A DNA stretch of 64,000 nucleotides from Spirochaetia bacterium (GCA_038204425.1 JBBRCZ010000001.1:96001-160000), one strand, 5' to 3'; positions 38,305 through 48,716 are shown, counted from the stretch's first letter. The notes: a model not told the origin generated them from the letters alone. Numbers and translations are program-made.

Positions 38305-39029
38305 TGCGTGCCCCCAAAACGTCTGTGTCTAGTACGGAAATCGTCCAATGCTGCCAAGAAGTCGGTTTCATTCCAGTCTGGCCACAGTTTATCAGAAAAA
38401 TATAACTCGGCATAAGCGCTTTCCCACAACAAAAAGTTAGAAAGACGTTTTTCGCCACCAGTTCTTATCACCATGTCTACCGCCGGAAAATCTGGTAGGT
38501 CAAGGTGTTTCTCGAGATCATGACTCACTAGGCTGGTTCGCTCGCTGCCTTCGAGTTTGGAAATAGCTCTGAGAATTTCGTCTCGTCCGCCGTAGTTTAT
38601 GGCCAAATTTACCGTCATAGAATCAAAGTGATCGGTATCGTTCATAGCTTGAACAATATCGTCTTGGATTCTTTTTGGAAGTGCCTTTAAGTCGCCAGAA
38701 TGTCTGATTTTAATTCTATTCTCACGATAGAAATCAAGTTCTCTATTGAGGTGGGTGTGGATAAGTCCCATAAGAAAGTTGACTTCCTCTTTGGCTCGCT
38801 TCCAATTTTCGGTAGAGAAAGTGTAGAGAGAAAGATATCGTATGCCTGCTTGATTGGCACAGCGGACAATACGCTTTGCAACTTCAAGTCCTTCTTTGTG
38901 GCCAAATGTGCGCGGTTTGCCTTTTAAAGAGGCCCAGCGTCCGTTGCCATCCATAATGATACCTATGTGTTTTGGCAAAAAATCGCTATCGTGACAATCC
39001 GGAACATCAGAATCTTTCTTGTTTGGCAT
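38301..39029 (-). CDS. uppS: Undecaprenyl diphosphate synthase
   Basis: IIMDGNGRWA, FSTENWKR and IRTGGEKRLSNFLLW motifs. Confidence 0.96.
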   Translation of the reverse strand: MPNKKDSDVPDCHDSDFLPKHIGIIMDGNGRWASLKGKPRTFGHKEGLEVAKRIVRCANQAGIRYLSLYTFSTENWKRAKEEVNFLMGLIHTHLNRELDFYRENRIKIRHSGDLKALPKRIQDDIVQAMNDTDHFDSMTVNLAINYGGRDEILRAISKLEGSERTSLVSHDLEKHLDLPDFPAVDMVIRTGGEKRLSNFLLWESAYAELYFSDKLWPDWNETDFLAALDDFRTRHRRFGGTQ

Positions 39030-39583
39030 TAGACTTCCAGGATTTCTTTTTCTTTTGCCTTAAAAATATGTTCAATATCTGCAATGTATTTATCAGTCAG
39101 TTTTTGCACTTCATCATTGGCGCGTTTTTCATCGTCTTCGCTGACTTCACCTTTTTTGGCTATAGACTTAAGGTCTTCATTTATGTCGCGTCGAACATTT
39201 CTAATTGAAACGCGGGCATGTTCTGCCATGGATTTGGCATGTTTAACCAAATCTTTTCGGCGTTCTTCGGTAAGCGGTGGGATTTGAATCCTAATAACTT
39301 TGCCATCGTTAGATGGATTGAGTGAAAGCTCACTCTTTTGAATAGCCTTTTCAATGTCTGCCATGATAGCTCGGTCCCACGGTTGAATGACAACTAACCT
39401 GGCTTCCGGAGTAGAAATGTTAGCTACTTGGGCCAGTGCAGTAGGAGTACCATAGTAATCCACTCTGATTTTGTCAAACAAGGCCGGAGATGCTCTACCC
39501 GTTCGCAAACCGGTAAACTCGTCTTCTAAGCTCTTGACCGCTTTTTTCATGCGTTCTTCGCCATCGTTTAAGTGTGCTTTCAT
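39029..39583 (-). CDS. frr: Ribosome recycling factor
   Basis: LRTGRASP, PPLTEERRK and IRNVRR motifs. Confidence 0.97.
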   Translation of the reverse strand: MKAHLNDGEERMKKAVKSLEDEFTGLRTGRASPALFDKIRVDYYGTPTALAQVANISTPEARLVVIQPWDRAIMADIEKAIQKSELSLNPSNDGKVIRIQIPPLTEERRKDLVKHAKSMAEHARVSIRNVRRDINEDLKSIAKKGEVSEDDEKRANDEVQKLTDKYIADIEHIFKAKEKEILEV

Positions 39584-39638
39584 GCTAACTCCTCAATGAA
39601 GTAAGGGGAAGCACGCTTCCCCTAAAAAAGTCTCATTC

Positions 39639-40499
39639 TTAGTTAAGCGCTTCACCGGCCCGGTAAACTTTAAAATCTACCAGCTCAATGCTGCCGCCAG
39701 CAGCCTTGCCAATTTCTTGGGCAACTTGGGCTACTGACTTCTTATCATCCTTGACAAAGGCTTGCTCCGAGAAGCAAATTTCTTTTAAGTGCTTTTGAAG
39801 TTTTCCTTTGATAGCACCTTGTTTGACTTGCTCTGCCTTATCCTTTAGCTTTTCGTCTTGGGCAACTTGGCCTGAAAAAATATCTTCTTGGCTTGCCAAA
39901 TAATTAGCCGGAACCAAATCTGCCTTAAGAAACTGTGGTTTAAAGGCAGCAGCATGTAGGGCACTATCGTGGATAAAGGCCTTAACGGCCTCGTTTTTTG
40001 CAACCTCAGGTGATGAGACCTTAAATTTTACAAAAACGCCAATGCTTGCCGCATCGCCATGCAAATAAGTTTCAACAACTTCGTTTGCAGCAAGATCGAT
40101 TATGTCCAAACGACGAAGTGTGATATTTTCCTTTATAGTAGCTGCAATATCGATTACGGCGGCCAACAATCCGGCATCACTAGCCTTTAAGTTACCTTCA
40201 ACTGCCTTTTTTACCAAGTCATTTCCGGTTTTGACGAAGTCTTCGTTTCGAGCCACAAAGTCGGTTTCGCAACCAAGCTCAAGAACACCAGCAGTCTTGG
40301 TACCAATATATGCAAAGATTCGACCTTCTTCACTTGCTCGCTCAGCTCTTTTGGCAACGGCTGCTAGCCCCATTTTTTTAAGGATAGTTACTGCCTCGTC
40401 AAAGTTGCCGTCTGCTTCTTTTAGGGCTTTTTGGCAATCCAGCATGCCAGCGCCGGTTTTTTCACGTAATTTTTTTACATCAGCTGCGCTAATTGACAT
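39639..40499 (-). CDS. tsf: Elongation factor Ts
   Basis: VKKLREKTGAGMLDC and ETDFVARN motifs. Confidence 0.97.
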   Translation of the reverse strand: MSISAADVKKLREKTGAGMLDCQKALKEADGNFDEAVTILKKMGLAAVAKRAERASEEGRIFAYIGTKTAGVLELGCETDFVARNEDFVKTGNDLVKKAVEGNLKASDAGLLAAVIDIAATIKENITLRRLDIIDLAANEVVETYLHGDAASIGVFVKFKVSSPEVAKNEAVKAFIHDSALHAAAFKPQFLKADLVPANYLASQEDIFSGQVAQDEKLKDKAEQVKQGAIKGKLQKHLKEICFSEQAFVKDDKKSVAQVAQEIGKAAGGSIELVDFKVYRAGEALN

Positions 40500-40573
40500 A
40501 GTTCGCTCCTTTTAAAAGGACCCTGGCTGCGAGTGTTGCAAGCAAGGGCCATTGTTTTAATTTAAACTGCTTA

Positions 40574-41476
40574 TTATTTTTCTTCGTAGAGTTCGTCTTC
40601 GTCCAATCCTGCCTCGGTAACTGCTTCTTCTACAGGACTTTTTTCTTCAACTTTTTTGTTTTCGTCTTTTTGTTGATAGTTCTTAAAATCTTCGATGACC
40701 TCGCCTTCATCGTCGCCTCGTCCTTCAGTAGCAAGTTCCTCACCTTCCATGTAGTCGGAATCTTCGGAAAGGTTTTCAATCACTTGCAGGCCTGCAGAAT
40801 TATCGGCTTCAACAACGGCATTGGCGATAATTTGAGTAAACAAGGTAATCGCCCGAATTGCGTCGTCATTTCCAGGAATAGGGAAGTCAATGCCTTCTGG
40901 ATTACAGTTGGTATCAACAACGGCAACAATCGGTATGCCCATGCGATTAGCTTCAGCTACGCCGATGGTTTCCTTGCGGGTGTCAATAATAAAAACTATG
41001 CCAGGGAGTTCCTTCATATCTTTGATTCCGCCGAGGTTTTTCTCTAGTTTGGTTCGTTCTTTAACCAAAAGCGCGATTTCTTTCTTGGTGAGCGAATCAA
41101 AGGTCCCGTCAACTTCCATCTTCTCAAGTTTTTTGAGACGCATTAGTGACTTTTTGATAGTTGTAAAGTTGGTGAGCATGCCACCAAGCCAGCGACTGTT
41201 GATAAAATACATACCACAACGTTCGGCTTCTTGTTGAATAGCTTGTTGGGCTTGTTTTTTAGTACCAATAAAGAGCACGCTTTTTCCAGCCAAAACTGTC
41301 TTGCGTACTGCTTCGTATGCCTCTTTGATGCAGACTATGGTCTTCTGCAAGTCAATAATATGAATCCCGTTGCGTTCAGCAAAAATGAACTTCTTCATGC
41401 GGGGATCCCAGCGTTTGGTTTGATGACCAAAATGTACACCTGACTCAAGCAGGTTTTTCATGGTAACAACAGCCAT
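40574..41476 (-). CDS. rpsB: 30S ribosomal protein S2 with acidic C-terminal tail
   Basis: [16 protein letters not shown] and PGNDDAIR motifs. Confidence 0.97.
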   Translation of the reverse strand: MAVVTMKNLLESGVHFGHQTKRWDPRMKKFIFAERNGIHIIDLQKTIVCIKEAYEAVRKTVLAGKSVLFIGTKKQAQQAIQQEAERCGMYFINSRWLGGMLTNFTTIKKSLMRLKKLEKMEVDGTFDSLTKKEIALLVKERTKLEKNLGGIKDMKELPGIVFIIDTRKETIGVAEANRMGIPIVAVVDTNCNPEGIDFPIPGNDDAIRAITLFTQIIANAVVEADNSAGLQVIENLSEDSDYMEGEELATEGRGDDEGEVIEDFKNYQQKDENKKVEEKSPVEEAVTEAGLDEDELYEEK

Positions 41477-41832
41477 GATGTCTCCTTAGTATGCACGTAA
41501 AGCGATCCCGTTTATGCACTCTCAAAGACAAAACTACAAGTTTTGATTTGCGAGAAATAAATCAGGACACCGTGTGCCCCATCTCTGATTCTCGTCCAAG
41601 GCTAGGCAAGGACGGAAAATACGTTGGCATAGCCATACGTAACTATCTTGCAATGTAGAACATGCCACGATAGTCGGTAGCAATTATTGCAGATATTGCC
41701 AGTCTAATCAAGCGAGGTATTTTTAAACTTTGGACGATTTGCCTTAAAACTCACAGCGTGTTATGTTGATGTGAAGATTTTTCGTTTGTTCCAAGTTTTT
41801 TGTATCTTCTACAACGTAAAGGAGACCGTCGA

Positions 41833-44235
41833 ATGTCCAAATTTAGATTCACTGTGCAAGTCTTTTCTAGGCTTTTTGTATTTGTTGTGCTTTTAATTGG
41901 CACCTCATTAGGATCTCTTTTTGCTGGTGGTGGCCAAGAGGTTGACACTCAAGTGCAATTGGAGAAGGCTCCGGCTTATATCTCTCCAGGTAATACCGAT
42001 GGGGGGCGGGTTAAGCTCACTATTGAAAATATTAAGCTTAAGATTGATCCCAATGCGACTATAAAAAGTTTTGCTATAAATATTTACAATAAAAATGGTC
42101 AACTCATTTTTTCAAAAGTTGACGAGAAACTTGAGGGAAGAGGTTTTTTTGCAGAACTTTTTAACGTTGGTGAAATACCTCAGGTCAAAGTGCCAGAAAC
42201 GATTACTTGGCCAGGAACTGGAAACGATGGAAAAGTAGTGCCCGATGGTGAGTATTTTTACCAACTTACTGTTCTTGATAGCTATGGAAAAAAGACTAGT
42301 AGTCCACCATTATCAGTTGTGGTTGATACTAAGGCTCCCTCTATTGTGAGCGCGACGGTGATTCCGCGAGTTTTTTCACCCAACGGAGATGGCATTCGCG
42401 ATACCATTAAGTTTAATCATAGAACCGATACTGCTTTTGGGTGGACCGAGACAGTTCTTAACCAAGCTGGTGCTACATTTTGGTCGGTTTCAGTAATGGC
42501 AGCAGGAGATACAGCTTCAAGTGATATCGTGCTTTCTAATGACAGCGAATGGGATGGCATCGCCAACCAAGATGCTGGTGAGGTTAAAAAAGGAGTAACG
42601 GTACCTGAGGGAACCTATCTCTACCGTTTAACCGGAGTTGATAGAGCGGGCAACGTTACCAAACGAGAAATTCCATTTTCTGTAAGCTTTAAGGCTAGTG
42701 ATCTCAGTTTAACTGTCAAAGATGAGCGGACTCTGCTCGGCGCACAAAATCCCTTGGTCTTCCTAGTCTCTGTGGCCAGCACTGATGGACTTCTATCTTG
42801 GAAGTTGGAAGTGAGCGATAGTCAGGATACGGTAGTTCGACGGTTTTCGGGTCAAGGAGTTCCACCTGAGAATGTGTTGTACAACGGAACAGGCCATGGT
42901 GGTCGTCCAGAAAGTGACTCAAGTGCTCTACTTAGAGATGGCAGCTATACTGTTCTACTAAGCGCCGAATATGACAGCGGAACACTATCTCAGTCAGATC
43001 CTCTGACTATTTTAATCGATGGTCAGGCCCCAGCAGCTCTAATTACTTTGGATTCGGTGCCGGATTCTACGGCGCGCAATCAAGCTTTGATATTTGGTAC
43101 CTCAGGTAAAGAGAAGCTTTCTCTTGCAATCCGATATGATAATAAAGAAGATTGGACAGTGCACTTGGAACGACTTGATGCCCCATCCACTGAACAAAAC
43201 AGTGATGAGTTCCAGTCAAAAAGTCGTTTTGAGTTTGAGTTTAAGGAATGGATCAGTGGCCTGCGCGAGATTGGCAGTTTGGAAATTGACGAATCGCAGA
43301 CCAGCGCCGTTTATGAATGGGACGGAACACTACCTGCTTCAGTTGGCGTGAGTCAAGAAATACAAATGACTATTCCCGATGGAAGCTGGGGGCTGTATCT
43401 GTCAAGTACCGACAAAGCAGGAAATGAAGGTGAGTCGAGGCAAGTGCGATTTATTCGCAATCTAAGTGCAGGAACTAGTTTAACCTTAGAGCCCGCCACC
43501 TTTAAGGCTGTAATTGCCGCTAGACCAGTTATTTTTACTCCTGATGGTGATGGAGACGGTGATGAAGTAGTGTTTGAACTTTCTGTTGAGGGAAATGCTA
43601 CCACGGTTGACAGCTGGGTTCTTGAAATATTTGATCCTGTACAAGAAAGCTTTAGAATATGGTCTGGTCGAGGTCTTCCTTCGGAAACTATAGCATGGGA
43701 TGGCAAATCCGATGGAGGGGAATTGGTGCAGAGCGCGCTTGACTACCCAGCCGTTCTAACTATTGTTGATCAAGATGGCAAAAAAGCTCAGGCTATGGTT
43801 TCGGTTGCCGTAGACATTCTGGTGCTTCGGGACGGTGATAAGCTGCGTATTGCATTGCCAAACATACAGTTTCCACCAGATAGCCCTGATTTGTTCAAAA
43901 ATGCGCAAGAGGTATTGGACGCTAACCTTGTTACCCTGCGACGTTTGGCAAGGACTCTTAATCGTTTTACTGAGCACCAAATCAGTGTAGAAGGACATGC
44001 AAACTTTGCCTGGGCCAACAGCGCTGCAGATAAGAAAGTTGAGCAAAGCAAGGAATTGTTGCCACTGTCCAGCGCTCGGGCGCTCGAAGTCAAACAAGCT
44101 TTGATAATTTTGGGCGTGGCAGCAGAACGGCTAAGTGCAGTCGGCTACGGCGGTGACTTTCCAGTTGTCAACTTTGATGACAAGGTAAACCGCTGGAAGA
44201 ATCGCAGAGTTGAGTTTATTTTGACTAAGAATTAA
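41833..44235 (+). CDS. OmpA-domain protein with multiple FlgD-Ig / gliding-motility C-terminal-like domains
   Basis: LFAGGG signal, repeated (I/F)SP(N)GDG and WDG...G.Y motifs, C-terminal VEGHAN...LS..RA..V...NRRVEF OmpA domain. Confidence 0.85.
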   Translation: MSKFRFTVQVFSRLFVFVVLLIGTSLGSLFAGGGQEVDTQVQLEKAPAYISPGNTDGGRVKLTIENIKLKIDPNATIKSFAINIYNKNGQLIFSKVDEKLEGRGFFAELFNVGEIPQVKVPETITWPGTGNDGKVVPDGEYFYQLTVLDSYGKKTSSPPLSVVVDTKAPSIVSATVIPRVFSPNGDGIRDTIKFNHRTDTAFGWTETVLNQAGATFWSVSVMAAGDTASSDIVLSNDSEWDGIANQDAGEVKKGVTVPEGTYLYRLTGVDRAGNVTKREIPFSVSFKASDLSLTVKDERTLLGAQNPLVFLVSVASTDGLLSWKLEVSDSQDTVVRRFSGQGVPPENVLYNGTGHGGRPESDSSALLRDGSYTVLLSAEYDSGTLSQSDPLTILIDGQAPAALITLDSVPDSTARNQALIFGTSGKEKLSLAIRYDNKEDWTVHLERLDAPSTEQNSDEFQSKSRFEFEFKEWISGLREIGSLEIDESQTSAVYEWDGTLPASVGVSQEIQMTIPDGSWGLYLSSTDKAGNEGESRQVRFIRNLSAGTSLTLEPATFKAVIAARPVIFTPDGDGDGDEVVFELSVEGNATTVDSWVLEIFDPVQESFRIWSGRGLPSETIAWDGKSDGGELVQSALDYPAVLTIVDQDGKKAQAMVSVAVDILVLRDGDKLRIALPNIQFPPDSPDLFKNAQEVLDANLVTLRRLARTLNRFTEHQISVEGHANFAWANSAADKKVEQSKELLPLSSARALEVKQALIILGVAAERLSAVGYGGDFPVVNFDDKVNRWKNRRVEFILTKN

Positions 44236-44246
44236 GGATGTTTAGG

Positions 44247-44280
44247 CCGGGCAGTTTGCTAAAGCTGCCCGGTTTTTTTT
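44247..44280 (+). terminator. Rho-independent terminator after the OmpA gene
   Basis: CCGGGCAG...CTGCCCGG followed by T8. Confidence 0.8.
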
Positions 44281-44917
44281 ATGGCACAAACTGCAGTTGT
44301 CTAAGAATTGGCAACAGTGTCTCAAGGCTTAGCCCGACGATGCCGGTGTAGCTGCCTTCAATTGACTCAATTAGTCCAGCGGCCCTTCCTTGGATTTTAT
44401 AGGCTCCAGCCGCACCTTGCCATTCCTGACTATCTAGATACCAATCAATAAGTATAGAATCAAGACTAATAAATTTTACCTGACTAACAGAGACAGAGTC
44501 AAAGCGCCTCAGTTCTTCAAAACTCTGTTGCGGACTAGATTGACTTTGTCCATGCTTAGACATTTCAAAAACGGCGATGCCGGTATAGACTTGATGCAGA
44601 TTTCCAGACAGCAGTCGCAGATAGGCTTGCGCTTCTCGTCGGCTCGATGCCTTGCCAAGTCTATGTTCCTCAAAAGCTACCAAAGTGTCAGCACAAAGCA
44701 CAATCGTTGGCTGCGTAATCAAATGCTCTAGTTGTTGGAAGGCACGTTGTGCCTTTTCCTGTGTAATCTGTCGAACTAATTCATGGGCACTTAGCTTGAC
44801 TGACATGTCTTCTTCGCCAGCTAAGGCGTGTACTTCAAACTCTAGGCCCAATTGTTTTAGTAGGCTGGCTCTTTGTGGTGAGGTAGATGCCAAGATCAAC
44901 TTTTTGCTTGCGGACAT
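44279..44917 (-). CDS. maf: Maf family nucleoside triphosphate pyrophosphatase
   Basis: ILASTSPQR, ADTLV, AGAYKIQG and IEGSY.GIVGL motifs; AAGGAG before ATG 44917. Confidence 0.9.
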   Translation of the reverse strand: MSASKKLILASTSPQRASLLKQLGLEFEVHALAGEEDMSVKLSAHELVRQITQEKAQRAFQQLEHLITQPTIVLCADTLVAFEEHRLGKASSRREAQAYLRLLSGNLHQVYTGIAVFEMSKHGQSQSSPQQSFEELRRFDSVSVSQVKFISLDSILIDWYLDSQEWQGAAGAYKIQGRAAGLIESIEGSYTGIVGLSLETLLPILRQLQFVP

Positions 44918-44998
44918 TAACTGCTCCTTTTTTAAGACCGATTGAGTGGCAAAAAACACTGGCACGCAGTGAGCCGGCCAAACTATACTATGAGAATC

Positions 44999-46087
44999 AT
45001 GAATGAAACAGTATTTCGATGTGCCGGATGCGATGCAGCGGTGGAGTTCAATCCAGAACAGCAAAATCTAAAGTGCCCTTATTGCGGACTAACCCAAGCA
45101 ATCGAAGGGCTTTCTCAAGCCGAATTTCAAGAGGAACTTGATCTTGAGTCTAGTATTCAACGTTTTTCGCAACTCGCAACTGAGGAAATAAGAATAGTTG
45201 TGTGTCAGTCTTGCAATGGAGAAACTACCTTTGCGGTCAATCACGAATCTGGCACTTGTGATTTTTGCGGCACCAAAATTGTTGCAACTGGTCCAACCAG
45301 TAAAGCAATGAAACCGCAATACCTATTGCCTTTTGCCATAAAACAAGACAAGGCAGAAACTGCCTTTAGAACGTGGCTCAAAAAGCGATGGTTTGCGCCT
45401 TCGGATCTCAAGCGACTGGCCGGCCTAAAGGATCCACTTTCGGGAATCTATTTTCCCTTTTGGACTTTTGATGCGCAAACACATAGTCACTATGATGGCG
45501 AGCGTGGCGACCACTATACTGTCCAAGTGCAAAGCCGAGACTCTCAAGGAAACTCTGTTACACGTAGTGAAACTCGTACGCGCTGGACGGCAGTCTCTGG
45601 AAATACCGAACGTTTTTTTGACGACGTTCTGGTTCCCGGAAGCAAAAATCTTCCTGAAAAGCTTACCAAGAATCTAAAAGATTGGAATCTTAAAGAGATG
45701 GTTAGCTACAATCCTGCTGTCCTTAGTGGTTTTAAATCAGAAACTTATTCGCTTGGGCTAAAGGAAGGTTTTGCCGAAGGAAAAGAAGAAATGGAGACCA
45801 TCATTCATTCTGATGTCAGACGAGCAATTGGTGGCGATGAGCAAAGGATTCGCTTAATCAATACCCGCTATTCGGAAATGACTTTTAAGTATATTCAGCT
45901 TCCGATGTGGTCCTTAACCTACAAGTATGGAAAGAAGTTTTTCCAAGTCTTGGTAAACGGTAGGTCTGGAGAGGTGAGCGGAGAAAGACCGTGGAGCGTC
46001 ATCAAAATTACCTTAACCGTTCTTTTGATTGCCGGACTTGGTGTTGGCCTCTACTTTCTGGCGGAGCATCTGGGTTGGTTTGCTTAA
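44999..46087 (+). CDS. Double zinc-ribbon protein with C-terminal TM anchor
   Basis: CAGC/CPYC and CQSC/CDFC pairs, PFW.FDA, FDDVLV and VNGRSGEVSGERP motifs, C-terminal TM helix. Confidence 0.8.
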   Translation: MNETVFRCAGCDAAVEFNPEQQNLKCPYCGLTQAIEGLSQAEFQEELDLESSIQRFSQLATEEIRIVVCQSCNGETTFAVNHESGTCDFCGTKIVATGPTSKAMKPQYLLPFAIKQDKAETAFRTWLKKRWFAPSDLKRLAGLKDPLSGIYFPFWTFDAQTHSHYDGERGDHYTVQVQSRDSQGNSVTRSETRTRWTAVSGNTERFFDDVLVPGSKNLPEKLTKNLKDWNLKEMVSYNPAVLSGFKSETYSLGLKEGFAEGKEEMETIIHSDVRRAIGGDEQRIRLINTRYSEMTFKYIQLPMWSLTYKYGKKFFQVLVNGRSGEVSGERPWSVIKITLTVLLIAGLGVGLYFLAEHLGWFA

Positions 46088-46110
46088 GCCAACTACTTTA
46101 GATCTTAACA

Positions 46111-48159
46111 CTAGGGACAATGAACGCTTTTACTGCGAGCAATCTCAAGTATCAGCACTTCTTGAGGATTGAGTTCAATCGGACCTGTGAAAGTTTTGCC
46201 ACTCAAAAGATCCGTACCTGATAGACTTGCTAGATCTGCCTTGGCGATAGATTGGTTGTGATTGATGATAAATATAAATATATGAGTGTCGTTTTCCCTG
46301 ATGCTGGTTTCAAGTCCGGCTTGCGAAATCACCCGTTTGCGCAAGCCGGACTTTTTGATGCAAGAAATGATGAACGTTTCTATCCACGGTGCATCTATAT
46401 CTGCTGCAAGATAGTAAGCAGACCCTTTGCCAAAATAATTCCTCGTAACGGATGGATTGCCAGCCAGCGCACCGTCATCGTAGCTCGCGATTGCCTGAGC
46501 TCCAGCTAAGTGTACCAGTTCGTGCCAGTTGTGTATCTCAGTTTTGATGCAATCTTGATCTATCATGGTAACGCATTCATTCTTCTGTAAGGGGTGCCAT
46601 TCTTCTACCCAGATGCCCAATACTTTTTGTAAAAGTCGCGGGTGACCACCCAAGTAGGCGTGGTTGTTCTGATCAACGATGCCACTAAAATAGCCACAGA
46701 TGAGCTTGCCACCGTGTTCGACAAATGACTCAATCTTGTTGGCCTGAGTTTGACTCAGCATAAAGAGCGCAGGTGCAACGATTAGCTTATAGCCTGATAG
46801 ATCGTCGTCGGGATGAACTATGTCGAGGTCAATATGGTCATTCCAAAATGCTTTGTGCCAGGTTTCTATACATTGAATGGTGTCGATAGAAGCTGGTTTG
46901 CTCGGCAGTGAAAGCGCCCAATGGCTTTCCGCGTTGTAAAGAATGGCCACTTGAGGCTTTTGTATACTACCAATTATGCTCTTAATATTTTTGAGTTCTT
47001 GGCCGAGTTCACGGACTTCCCTAAATGCGCGTGTTTCCTCTCCGTTGGGCATAACCGCACCAAGATGTGGCACCAAAGCACCGTGAAACATCTCATCGCC
47101 AGCTTTAGATTGTCGCCATTGAAAATACATAATGCCGTCGGCGCCGCGTGCAATGGCTTGAAACGATTGTGCTCTCATTACGCCTTCAGGCTTTTGACTG
47201 TTGATTGCTCGCCAGTTGACTTGTGTATTGACTTGTTCCATTAAGACAAAGGGGCGATCAGCTTTAAGTGAACGAATAAAATCATGGTGCATAGCATTTC
47301 TAGAAGCAGCTTGTAGACCCAGAGCTGGATCTGGGTAGCTATCCCAACTTACATAGTCCAGGTTTTTTGACAGAGCGCGCCGATCAAAGAAAAACTGCTC
47401 GCCCACTAAGTTGGTGCTAACCGGTATACCCGGGCTTAGCTCCCTAATAATGGCCAATTCCATCTCGACCAACTCAACGTACTTGTCCGACCAAAAACGC
47501 TTCCAATCCAAGAGTTGTCCTGGGTTGGGGTTGTGGGGGGCCTTGCGAGGCGGCAGAATCTCGTCAAAACTCTCGTAGTTTTGACTCCAAAAGGCCGTAT
47601 TCCAGACGCGGTTGAGATGGCTGATTTCTTCATAGCGCAGCTCTAGCCAATATCTAAAGTGCCGGGCTGACTCGTCGTCAAAGCTCGCTTGTATATGGCA
47701 AGCATATTCATTGTTGATATGCCAAGAAATGACTGCAGGGTGTTTTCCGTAGCGCTTGGCAATTGCGCCTATCAGTCGACGTGCATGACTTCGGTAACTC
47801 TCTGAAGCAGGGTTATAGTGTTGTCGCGAGCCAGGCCAGAGCGTTTGGCCTGCAATGTCTATTGGCAGGATGTCTGGATGTTTTTTGCACAACCAAGCTG
47901 GAGGTGAAGCTGTGGCGCTTGCCAAGTTCACCTTTATTCCGCCTTGGTGAAGCATTTCAATTATAGTATCAAGCCAGTCAAAACTAAAGATTCCGTCGTT
48001 TGGTTCGATCTTGGCCCAAGAAAAAATGCCCAACGAAACACAGTTAACCTGGGCTGCTTGCATAAGCTTAATGTCTTCTTGCCAGACTTCTTGGGGCCAC
48101 TGTTCGGGGTTGTAGTCAGCCCCAAACAAGATTTCGTCAAAATCAAACAGTTTTTTCAT
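46111..48159 (-). CDS. Beta-galactosidase, glycoside hydrolase family 42
   Basis: GADYNPEQWP, WHINNEY, LMEQ and YFQWRQS motifs. Confidence 0.93.
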   Translation of the reverse strand: MKKLFDFDEILFGADYNPEQWPQEVWQEDIKLMQAAQVNCVSLGIFSWAKIEPNDGIFSFDWLDTIIEMLHQGGIKVNLASATASPPAWLCKKHPDILPIDIAGQTLWPGSRQHYNPASESYRSHARRLIGAIAKRYGKHPAVISWHINNEYACHIQASFDDESARHFRYWLELRYEEISHLNRVWNTAFWSQNYESFDEILPPRKAPHNPNPGQLLDWKRFWSDKYVELVEMELAIIRELSPGIPVSTNLVGEQFFFDRRALSKNLDYVSWDSYPDPALGLQAASRNAMHHDFIRSLKADRPFVLMEQVNTQVNWRAINSQKPEGVMRAQSFQAIARGADGIMYFQWRQSKAGDEMFHGALVPHLGAVMPNGEETRAFREVRELGQELKNIKSIIGSIQKPQVAILYNAESHWALSLPSKPASIDTIQCIETWHKAFWNDHIDLDIVHPDDDLSGYKLIVAPALFMLSQTQANKIESFVEHGGKLICGYFSGIVDQNNHAYLGGHPRLLQKVLGIWVEEWHPLQKNECVTMIDQDCIKTEIHNWHELVHLAGAQAIASYDDGALAGNPSVTRNYFGKGSAYYLAADIDAPWIETFIISCIKKSGLRKRVISQAGLETSIRENDTHIFIFIINHNQSIAKADLASLSGTDLLSGKTFTGPIELNPQEVLILEIARSKSVHCP

Positions 48160-48181
48160 AAGCTTAGTTACTTGATTACTA

Positions 48182-48691
48182 TCAAAACGTGGCTTCCGAA
48201 CCGCGAGTCATCAAAAGCTTGCCGGTGCGCACAACTTCTCTTATGTCATATGGCTCAAGAACACGATTGATATTGTCTAGGTAGTTGCTCTCGCCCATAG
48301 CTTGCAAAATGACTGTTTCGGTGCCCACATCGATTGCCTTACATTCTAGAGCGTGGGCAAGTTGCAAGACTTCCAGTCGGTGTTGACCCGAGCAGTTTAT
48401 CTTAAACAAAGCAAGTTCTCGTTGAATAATATCGTCTTCGGTTCGGTCACTGGCACTTACGACGTCAACCAGTTTGTTTAGTTGTTTGAGAATTTGAAAG
48501 AGTACTTTTTTGTCACCGCTTGCTACGATGTTCATCACCGAAAAACCAGGGTCTCGTGATTCTGAGACCACCAAGCTGTCTATATTGTATGCTCTACGCG
48601 CAAATACTAACGAGATACGGATCAAAACACCGGGCTTGTTGGCGACATATAGACTAATTACGTGCTTCTTTATTGGATCTAGATCTTCCAT
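48182..48691 (-). CDS. ilvN: Acetolactate synthase small (regulatory) subunit
   Basis: V.NKPGVL.RI...F.RR.YNI.SL, KQLNKLVDV and EVVRTG motifs; AAGGAG before ATG 48691. Confidence 0.93.
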   Translation of the reverse strand: MEDLDPIKKHVISLYVANKPGVLIRISLVFARRAYNIDSLVVSESRDPGFSVMNIVASGDKKVLFQILKQLNKLVDVVSASDRTEDDIIQRELALFKINCSGQHRLEVLQLAHALECKAIDVGTETVILQAMGESNYLDNINRVLEPYDIREVVRTGKLLMTRGSEATF

Positions 48692-48716
48692 AGAAACTCC
48701 TTTGCTTTGATTAAAC

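Noticed and set aside
39603..39628. Hairpin AGGGGAAGC/GCTTCCCCT between tsf and frr as a terminator
   Set aside because: The U-tract lies before rather than after the stem on the coding (minus) strand, so it is more likely a stability hairpin.
44959..44975. CTGGCACGCAGTGAGC resembling a sigma54 -24/-12 promoter
   Set aside because: The -12 element (GAGC) deviates from TTGC, and a sigma70-type TATACT downstream explains the gene equally well.
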